A DNA stretch of 48,427 bases, from NCBI GenBank assembly GCA_963828255.1, contig CAWHDZ010000029.1:1-48427 (forward strand). The letters run 5' to 3'. Source of the DNA: an uncultured delta proteobacterium. GTDB taxonomy: Bacteria; Myxococcota; Myxococcia; Myxococcales; Anaeromyxobacteraceae. Position numbers and translations under genes: made by a program. The notes below the pieces were generated by a model. The model was given only the letters and a program-made list of their open reading frames with translations, had not been told where the DNA came from and made no database searches. Positions 41,248 through 48,427 of this stretch are shown piece after piece (positions within the stretch are counted from its first letter, which is position 1; every line of letters begins with the position of its first letter).

Positions 41248-43075
41248 TCACGCGTCCGGTAGCGGAGTGGCCGGGAGCGTGAACCAGAAGGTGCTTCCCT
41301 TTCCGACCTCGCTCGTCGCGCCCATCTCCCCGCCATGCGCTCGCACCACCTCGCGGGAGATGTAGAGGCCGAGCCCCACCCCGCCGCGCTTCGCCCCCGG
41401 GACCTGGAAGAACCGCTCGAAGATCCGTTCCTGGTACTGGGGCGGGATCCCCTCGCCCGAGTCCTGGACCTCGAATCGGGCCCCCTCGTTCGTCCGTCGC
41501 AAGCGTACGTCCACCCGTCCGCCCGGCGGGGTGTGGCGCACCGCATTCCCGAGCAGGTTGTCGAGAACGACCCCGATCCGCTCCGGATCGGCCTGGAGCG
41601 CGAATGGCCAGGGGCGGTTCCTCCAGCGTGAGGTCCACTCCTCCCGCCCTTGCCGCAGCGTCGACCCCCCGGACGGCCTGCTCGGCCAGCGCGACCGGGT
41701 CGACGGCGCGGACGTGGAGCTCGACCCGACCCGCCTGGATCCGCGAAAGGTCGAGGATGTCGTCGACGATCCCCTGGAGCCGCTCGCAGTCCTGGCGTGC
41801 CGCGGCCATGAGGTCCGCCTGCTGGGTCGTGAGCGGCCCGGCGGCCTCCTCGGCACACATGTGGACGGCCATCCGGAGCGACGTGAGGGGGGTGCGGAAC
41901 TCGTGGGCCACTGTGGCGACGAGGTCGTTCTTCAGTTCGTCGAACCGCACCAGCCTGGTGACGTCCTGCAGGACCACCGTGACGCCGGTGACCGCTCCCT
42001 CCTCGGAATACAGCGCAGTCGCCCGCGGGAGGAGTCGGTGGGGACCGTCCTGGAGATCCACCCGGATGGCCTCGTCGAAGCCGCGAGGCACGACCGCACC
42101 CTTCCCGGAGAGGACGTGTGCCCGGATCGCCTCGACGCGCTCCCGCAGCATCGGGTCGAGCGCATGGATGGGCGTGCCAGCGCCCCCTCCGGGCCCCAAC
42201 CGGAGCAGGGCCTCGGCGGCACGGTTCAGGTTCAGGATCCCCCCTTCCGCATCCAGCACGAGGACCGGGTCCGGCAGGCTGTCGATGGCGGCCTGGGATG
42301 CCTGCTGCGCCTGGATGAGGTCGCCAAGCGAACTCTTGCGATACTCCTCCAGCCGGCCGGCCATGGTGTTGAACTCGGTCGAAAGGGCCGCGATCTCGTC
42401 CTTTCCTCGGGGGAGCGCCCTGGACTCGAGGTCCCCCTCACCGAAGCGGCGCACCGCCAGCGAGAGCGCCGAGAGCGGCTTCACGATCCGGGAGGTCAGG
42501 GCGAACGAGGCGATGAGCCCGAACACCAATGCCCCGACGGTCGCCACCATCATGAGCTGAAGCAGCCCCTCGGCGGAACGGCGCGCCTGGTTGCTCTTGC
42601 GGACCATGGCGTCCTGGTTGAGCGACAGCACGTCGTCGATGGCGGCTCGCACGGCGCCGGAATGCCGCTGGAGCGACCCGAGGTACGCGGGGAGCTTCTC
42701 GGTCGCGCCCTCCTGCTCGCGCTCCGCGGCCAGGTACGCCGTCCAGGCGCCGCGAAGGCGCTCGGTCAGCTGCCCCTCTCCGGGCTCCGTCAGGTTGCCC
42801 TCCTGGACCCGGAGCTCCAGCTCGAACCGGTCCCGCAGCGCCTGGGCCCGTTCCACCTCCGGCAGCGAGAGCGCCCGGAGGAGCGCCTCTCGGTCGAGCC
42901 CGTCGAGCGCGTCGCCCAGGCGCTGGGAGGCGAGAAGGCTCCGGTAGTTGTCCCGGAGGATGCCCTCCGAGCTGTCCCCCAGAAACGAGACCGTGCGCAG
43001 GGAGGCCGCGCCGACCACCAGCAGGGCGGCCGCCAGCGGGACCTGCGCGAGCAGGAGTCGGCGCCGGAGCGTCAT
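41248..43075 (-). CDS. Membrane sensor histidine kinase, HAMP-PAS-HisKA-HATPase (KinB-like; frameshift near 41600)
   Basis: Two TM segments around a helical periplasmic domain, HAMP 'DEIAALSTEFNTMA', PAS, H-box 'VAHEFRTPLTS', 'NLLGNAVRHT', 'GLGLYI'. Confidence 0.9.
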
Positions 43076-44220
43076 GCCCGCCCCTTCTCCTCGTCGAAGG
43101 AGACGACGTGCACGTCGAGACCCTCCGCGCCGTCGACCACCCTGTCGAGAACCGAGCGACGCAGGTGGCGCCGCCACCAGGGCTCGCTTCCCCGGCCGAG
43201 GATGACGTCACTCACCCGGTGGGACCTCGCGAAGTCGAGCAGGGCCGCGGCCGGGTCCTCCGACTGGAGCCGCACGACCTCTCCTCCCATCTCCCTCGCG
43301 CGGGCGATGTTGGTGTGCAGGTGGCGCTGCGCCTCCGAGTCGATGCGCTCGGGCGACTCCCGGGAGGTCTCCACGTATACGGCGTACCAGTCGGTGTTGA
43401 GCCGGCCGGCCATCCTCGAAGCCCGGCGTAGGAGCGTCGCCGCGTGGGGCGGGTTGGAGGAGAGGCACACCATGACGCGCCCCGGGGCCGGCACGGTCGG
43501 AGCGGCGGAGGGCTGCCGGATGGCGGCGCGGTCGAGGCTCTGCGCGACCTCGCGGAGCGACAGCTCCCGGAGGGTGGAGAGGTTGGGGTCGCGGAAGAAG
43601 TGCTCGAGCGCCCAGGGGATGCGGTCGGCCGGGTAGATCTTCCCGGTCTTGAGCCGCTCGACGAGGTCCTCCACGGCGAGGTCGAGGTTCACGACCTGGT
43701 CGGCCTGCTCCAGGAAGGAGTCGGGGACCGTCTCCCGCACCTGCACGCCGGTGTTGCGCTGGATGAGGTCGTTCAGGGACTCGAGATGTTGGATGTTGAG
43801 CGCCCCGATCACGTTCACGCCCGCGTCGAGGAGCTCGACGACGTCCTCGTAGCGCTTCCCGTGGCGCGATCCGGGCGCATTGGTGTGCGGGATCTCGTCG
43901 ACGACGGCCACCGTGGGCTTGCGGGCCAGGACCGCGTCGAGGTCCATCTCCTCGACCGATACTCCCCGGTACTCCACCCGCTGTCGGGGAATCACCTCCA
44001 GGTCGCCGACCAGCGCCGCGGTCTCTGCCCGGCCGTGCGTCTCGACCAGGGCGCCGACCACGTCCACGCCCCTCTTCCGGAGCGCGTGGGCCTCCTCCAG
44101 CATGCGCCAGGTCTTGCCGACGCCTGCCGCGAATCCAATGTAGAGCTTGAGCTTCCCGCGCCGGGCCCGCTCCACGAGCTCGAGGAAGTCCTCCGGACGC
44201 TGGCGGGCGGGCGTCGTCAT
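43072..44220 (-). CDS. kdpD: Truncated KdpD (N-terminal KdpD domain + Usp domain only)
   Basis: 'GKLKLYIGFAAGVGKT', 'ETHGR', 'NIQHLESLND', 'VRETVPD', then Usp. No TM or kinase domain; clean stop overlapping the next start. Confidence 0.9.
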   Translation of the reverse strand: MTTPARQRPEDFLELVERARRGKLKLYIGFAAGVGKTWRMLEEAHALRKRGVDVVGALVETHGRAETAALVGDLEVIPRQRVEYRGVSVEEMDLDAVLARKPTVAVVDEIPHTNAPGSRHGKRYEDVVELLDAGVNVIGALNIQHLESLNDLIQRNTGVQVRETVPDSFLEQADQVVNLDLAVEDLVERLKTGKIYPADRIPWALEHFFRDPNLSTLRELSLREVAQSLDRAAIRQPSAAPTVPAPGRVMVCLSSNPPHAATLLRRASRMAGRLNTDWYAVYVETSRESPERIDSEAQRHLHTNIARAREMGGEVVRLQSEDPAAALLDFARSHRVSDVILGRGSEPWWRRHLRRSVLDRVVDGAEGLDVHVVSFDEEKGRA

Positions 44221-44230
44221 TCTCCTCGTT

Positions 44231-44833
44231 CTACCCCTTCGTCCCGGCCACCGGGCGACCGAACTGCCGGTCGAGGGAGAGGTTGAGCAGGAGGACGTTC
44301 ACCCTCGGCTCCCCGAGGAGCCAGAGGTCGCGCCCCTCGACCGAGTCCTCGACGACCGCCCGGATGCGCGACACGCTGACGCCCCGGGCAGACGCGACCC
44401 GCGACACCTGCCAGAGGGCACCGGCGGGGGAGAGGTGCGGATCCAGTCCGCTCCCGGAGGTCGTCACGAGCTCGGACGGGATCGGCCCCGGGGCCGACGG
44501 ATTCTTGGCCCGGAGCCGGGCAACGTCTGCCGCGGCGCGGTCCCGGAGCTTCGCCGAGGTCGGACCCAGGTTCGAGCCGCCCGAGGCCATGGGATCGAAG
44601 CCCCGCTCGCCCGCCGCGGAGGGGCGCGGCTGGAAGTAGGCCGGCGACGAGAAGCCCTGGGCGAGCAACTCGGAGCCCACCGGCCTGCCCGAGCCGTCGA
44701 GGACGATGCTCCCCCCGGCCCGCCGGGGAAAGGCGACCCGGGCCACGCCCGTCACGGCGAGCGGATAGAGGAACCCGGTGAGGACGAGGGTGACGACGCT
44801 GACCCGGAGTGACGTGAGGATGGATTCGCGCAT
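44231..44833 (-). CDS. kdpC: K+-transporting ATPase subunit C
   Basis: 'YFQPRPS', 'SGGSNLGP', 'VTTSGSGLDPH', 'GEPRVNVLLLN'. Confidence 0.95.
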   Translation of the reverse strand: MRESILTSLRVSVVTLVLTGFLYPLAVTGVARVAFPRRAGGSIVLDGSGRPVGSELLAQGFSSPAYFQPRPSAAGERGFDPMASGGSNLGPTSAKLRDRAAADVARLRAKNPSAPGPIPSELVTTSGSGLDPHLSPAGALWQVSRVASARGVSVSRIRAVVEDSVEGRDLWLLGEPRVNVLLLNLSLDRQFGRPVAGTKG

Positions 44834-44842
44834 GGTCCGTCC

Positions 44843-46888
44843 TCAGGCGGCGCCGGCTGCGGAGAGCGCCATGTCGATGAGCTTGATCCCGACGAACGGG
44901 GCCACGACGCCGCCCAGTCCGTAGATGAGCAGCGAGCGACGCAGCACGGCCGCGGCCCCGAGCGGGCGGTAGCGCACCCCGCGGAGCGCCAGCGGGATGA
45001 GCGCCACGATGATGAGGGCGTTGAAGATGACGGCGGAGAGGATGGCGCTGTAGGGCGAGGTGAGATGCATGACGTCGAGCGGCGCCATCTCGGGGTAGGC
45101 CGCCACGAAGAGCGCCGGGAGGATGGCGAAGTACTTCGCCACGTCGTTCGCGATGGAAAAGGTGGTCAGCGTCCCTCGGGTCATGAGGAGTTGCTTCCCG
45201 ACCTCGACGACCTCGAGGAGCTTGGTGGGGTTGGAGTCGAGGTCCACCATGTTCCCGGCCTCCTTGGCTGCCTGGGTGCCGGTGTTCATGGCCACGCCCA
45301 CGTCGGCCTGGGCGAGCGCGGGGGCATCGTTGGTGCCGTCGCCGGTCATGGCGACGAGCTTGCCCTTCGCCTGCTCGTCCTGGATGAGCCGCATCTTGGC
45401 CTCGGGGGTCGCCTCGGCGAGGAAGTCGTCGACGCCGGCCTCCCGGGCGATGGCGGCCGCAGTCCGGGGATTGTCGCCGGTGATCATGACCGTGCGGATG
45501 CCCATGGCCCGGAATCGCTCGAACCGCTCGGCGATCCCCCCCTTCACCACGTCCTTGAGCTCCACGATCCCGAGAACATCTGCCCCGTCGGAGACCGCGA
45601 GCGGAGTTCCTCCGGTGTCGCCGATCCGGCCGGCTGCGGCCGAGAGGTCATCGGGCATCGCGCCGCCGAGGGAGGCGACGTGCCGGGCCACCGCGTCCAC
45701 CGCTCCCTTGCGGATGATCCGGTCGCCCAGATCGCAGCCGCTCATGCGGGTCTGCGCCGTGAAGGGGACGAAGCGCACCTGGCCCTCCAGGTCCCGGCCG
45801 CGCAGCGCGAAGCGTTCCTTCGCCAGCACGACGATGGAGCGCCCCTCCGGCGTCTCGTCGGCGAGACTGGCCAGCTGCGCCGCCTCTGCCAGGTCCTCCA
45901 CCCGGACGCCGGCGGCCGGGACGAAGTTGGAAGCCATGCGGTTCCCGAGCGTGATGGTCCCGGTCTTGTCGAGGAGAAGGACGTCCACGTCGCCTGCGGC
46001 CTCCACGGCCCGCCCGCTCATGGCGAGCACGTTCTTTCGCAGCAGCCGGTCCATGCCGGCGATGCCGATGGCGGAGAGCAGGCCCCCGATGGTGGTGGGG
46101 ATGAGGCAGACGAGCAGCGCGACCACCGCGGTCACCGAGAGCCGGATTCCGGAGTAGGCCGCGATGGGAACCAGGGTGACGCATGCGAAGAGGAAGATCA
46201 GGGTGAGGCCGACGAGGAGGATGTGGAGCGCGATCTCGTTGGGGGTCTTCTGGCGGGAAGCGCCCTCGACGAGGCCGATCATCCGATCGAGGAAGGACTC
46301 GCCGGGGTTGGCCGTGATGCGGACCAGGATCCGGTCGGAGAGCACCGTGGTGCCGCCGGTGACGGCGCTCCGATCGCCGCCCGACTCCCGGATGACGGGA
46401 GCCGACTCGCCGGTGATGGCGGACTCGTTGACCGACGCCACGCCCTCGATCACCTCGCCGTCGCCCGGGATCATCTGCCCCGCCTCGACGATCACGACGT
46501 CCCCCTTGCGGAGGGAGGCGGCGGGGACCCGCTCCTCCCTGCCGTTCGAGAGGCGGCGGGCCTCGACGTCCTTGCGCATCTTCCGCAGGGTGTCGGCCTG
46601 GGCCTTGCCACGCCCCTCGGCGACCGCCTCGGCGAAGTTGGCGAAGACGACCGTGAACCAGAGCCACAGACTGACCGCCAGCGTGAACCACCCCGGTGCC
46701 GCGCCAGCGGGGGGGACGATCCGATCCCGCAGCCAGAGGAGCGTGGTGAGAAGGCTGCCCACCTCCACCACGAACATCACCGGGTTCTTCGCGACCAGGC
46801 GGGGGTCGAGCTTCGCGAGGGCCGCCAGCGCTGCGGCGCGCAGGATCGCCGGATCGAGGAGCGACGACTTCCGGGAACGGGCGGCCAT
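44843..46888 (-). CDS. kdpB: K+-transporting ATPase subunit B
   Basis: 'NPVMFVV', TGES, DKTGT, '[11 protein letters not shown]'. Confidence 0.97.
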   Translation of the reverse strand: MAARSRKSSLLDPAILRAAALAALAKLDPRLVAKNPVMFVVEVGSLLTTLLWLRDRIVPPAGAAPGWFTLAVSLWLWFTVVFANFAEAVAEGRGKAQADTLRKMRKDVEARRLSNGREERVPAASLRKGDVVIVEAGQMIPGDGEVIEGVASVNESAITGESAPVIRESGGDRSAVTGGTTVLSDRILVRITANPGESFLDRMIGLVEGASRQKTPNEIALHILLVGLTLIFLFACVTLVPIAAYSGIRLSVTAVVALLVCLIPTTIGGLLSAIGIAGMDRLLRKNVLAMSGRAVEAAGDVDVLLLDKTGTITLGNRMASNFVPAAGVRVEDLAEAAQLASLADETPEGRSIVVLAKERFALRGRDLEGQVRFVPFTAQTRMSGCDLGDRIIRKGAVDAVARHVASLGGAMPDDLSAAAGRIGDTGGTPLAVSDGADVLGIVELKDVVKGGIAERFERFRAMGIRTVMITGDNPRTAAAIAREAGVDDFLAEATPEAKMRLIQDEQAKGKLVAMTGDGTNDAPALAQADVGVAMNTGTQAAKEAGNMVDLDSNPTKLLEVVEVGKQLLMTRGTLTTFSIANDVAKYFAILPALFVAAYPEMAPLDVMHLTSPYSAILSAVIFNALIIVALIPLALRGVRYRPLGAAAVLRRSLLIYGLGGVVAPFVGIKLIDMALSAAGAA

Positions 46889-46890
46889 GG

Positions 46891-48427
46891 CTAGAAGACC
46901 CTTCCGCGCAGGGCGGCGAAGTGCTCGAGCACCGGCCCGAGGGAGAGCGCCGGGAAGAAGGTCAGCGCTCCCACGATGAGGATCACCGAGACGAGGAGGA
47001 GCACGAAGGTGGGGCCTCCGGTGGGGAACGTCCCCGGTCCCGGGGGGACCGACTTCTTCGCGACCATTGCCCCGGCGATGGCGAGCGCGGGCACGATCAT
47101 GAGGAAGCGCCCGAGGAGCATGTCGAAGCCGAGCGCCAGGTTCCAGAAGGGGGTGTTCGCGTTCAGGCCGGCGAAGGCGGACCCGTTGTTGGCGGCGCCG
47201 CTTGTGAAGGCGTAGAGGATCTCCGAGAGCCCGTGAGGCCCGGCGTTGGAGAGCGACGAGGTGCCATATGGCACGACCGCCGCCCAGCCCGCGAGGACCA
47301 GCACCGAGACCGGAAGGACCAGGATGTAGAGCACGGCCAGCTTCATCTCGCGTCCCTCCACCTTCTTCCCCAGGTACTCGGGCGTGCGCCCCACCATGAG
47401 GCCAGCGAGGAACACCGTGAGGATCGCCATGACGAGCATCCCGTAGAGGCCGGCCCCGACCCCTCCGAAGACGACCTCGCCGAGTTGCATGTTCACCATC
47501 GGGACGAGCCCGCCGATGGGCGTGAAGCTGTCGTGCATGGAGTTCACGGCGCCGCAGGAGGCGTCGGTGGTGGCGGTGGCGAAGAGGGCGGAGTTTGCGA
47601 CCCCGAAGCGCGTCTCCTTGCCCTCCAGGTTGCCCGCAGACTGGTCGATACCCATTCCCGCAAGGGCCGGATTGTGGCCCGCCTCGGCGCCGTAGGCGAT
47701 GGCGACCCCGCCGAGGAAGAGCACGGCCATGGCGGCGAAGAGGGCCCAGCCCTGCCGTCCGTCTCGCGCCATCCGCCCGTAGGTGAAGGTGAGCCCCGCC
47801 GGGATGAGGAAGATGAGGAGCATCTCGACCAGGTTCACGAGCGGAGTCGGGTTCTCGAACGGGTGGGCGCTGTTGGCGTTGAAGAAGCCGCCGCCGTTCG
47901 TGCCCAGCATCTTGATGGCCTCCTGGGAGGCCACCGGGCCGAGCGCGATGACCTGCTTCGCGCCCTCGACCGTCCTGACCTCGAGGTTCGGCGCGAGCGT
48001 CTGCACGACACCCTGGGAGACGAGGAACAGCGCCACGAGGAAGGAGACCGGAAGGAGGACGTAGAGCGTTCCCCGGATCAGGTCGGCCCAGAAGTTCCCG
48101 AGGGTCTTCGGACCTCCCGGACCTCCCCGGCGGGTGAGCCCGCGCGCGAGCGCGAGCGCCACTCCGATGCCGGCCGCGGCCGAGATGAAGTTGTGCCAGG
48201 CGAGGCCTGCCATCTGGGCCAGGTATCCCATCGTCGCCTCGCCCGCATAGGACTGCCAGTTGGTGTTGGTGGTGAAGCTGACGGCCGTGTTCCAGGCCAG
48301 CGCGGGAGGGACCGCTCCGAGGCCGTTCGGGTTGAACGGGAGCACGGCCTGGAGGCGAAGGATGGCGTAGGTGACGAGCAACCCCATGGCGCTGAAGACG
48401 AGCACCGAGACCGCGTACTCCTTCCAT
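46891..48427 (-). CDS. kdpA: K+-transporting ATPase subunit A (5' partial)
   Basis: '[11 protein letters not shown]', 'LGTNGGG', '[10 protein letters not shown]', '[10 protein letters not shown]', 'NNGSAFAG'. Confidence 0.97.
   Translation of the reverse strand, partial: WKEYAVSVLVFSAMGLLVTYAILRLQAVLPFNPNGLGAVPPALAWNTAVSFTTNTNWQSYAGEATMGYLAQMAGLAWHNFISAAAGIGVALALARGLTRRGGPGGPKTLGNFWADLIRGTLYVLLPVSFLVALFLVSQGVVQTLAPNLEVRTVEGAKQVIALGPVASQEAIKMLGTNGGGFFNANSAHPFENPTPLVNLVEMLLIFLIPAGLTFTYGRMARDGRQGWALFAAMAVLFLGGVAIAYGAEAGHNPALAGMGIDQSAGNLEGKETRFGVANSALFATATTDASCGAVNSMHDSFTPIGGLVPMVNMQLGEVVFGGVGAGLYGMLVMAILTVFLAGLMVGRTPEYLGKKVEGREMKLAVLYILVLPVSVLVLAGWAAVVPYGTSSLSNAGPHGLSEILYAFTSGAANNGSAFAGLNANTPFWNLALGFDMLLGRFLMIVPALAIAGAMVAKKSVPPGPGTFPTGGPTFVLLLVSVILIVGALTFFPALSLGPVLEHFAALRGRVF

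Overview
Very GC-rich bacterial DNA. Gene content (DUF4388, MshEN, TatT, Lhr, split KdpD) suggests an Anaeromyxobacter-like Myxococcota genome; this is inference. Dozens of single-base frameshifts break otherwise intact genes and are most likely long-read assembly errors, so many long ORFs in the track are chimeras. Layout: (1) 1-22.9 kb housekeeping/envelope genes (PBP transpeptidase, DUF4388 protein, TlpA, DapB/Ord-like reductase plus a hotdog dehydratase pair, TatT, PLP trans-sulfuration enzyme, ExbBD, MshEN protein, apaG, sirtuin, GGCT, metallophosphoesterase, phhB, rhodanese, two tandem POT transporters, Lhr helicase). (2) 22.9-24.2 kb a lone DUF222-like/HNH endonuclease with a structured leader. 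(3) 24.2-39.9 kb an acyl-CoA catabolic island: glutaryl-CoA dehydrogenase, IclR regulator, quinone oxidoreductase, thioesterases, an lva/ACAD10-11-like SDR-ACAD-kinase operon ending in a ComB-family phosphatase, a pimCD/F/B-like operon, pcaF and an enoyl-CoA isomerase. Its two divergent promoters share a GTTTCG-N5-CGAAAC palindrome. (4) 39.9-48.4 kb kdpABC with a truncated KdpD-Usp protein, a KinB-like kinase and an AlgB-like sigma-54 regulator instead of KdpE. No rRNA, tRNA, CRISPR array or transposase was recognised. All family calls come from motif recognition by eye, without database searches.
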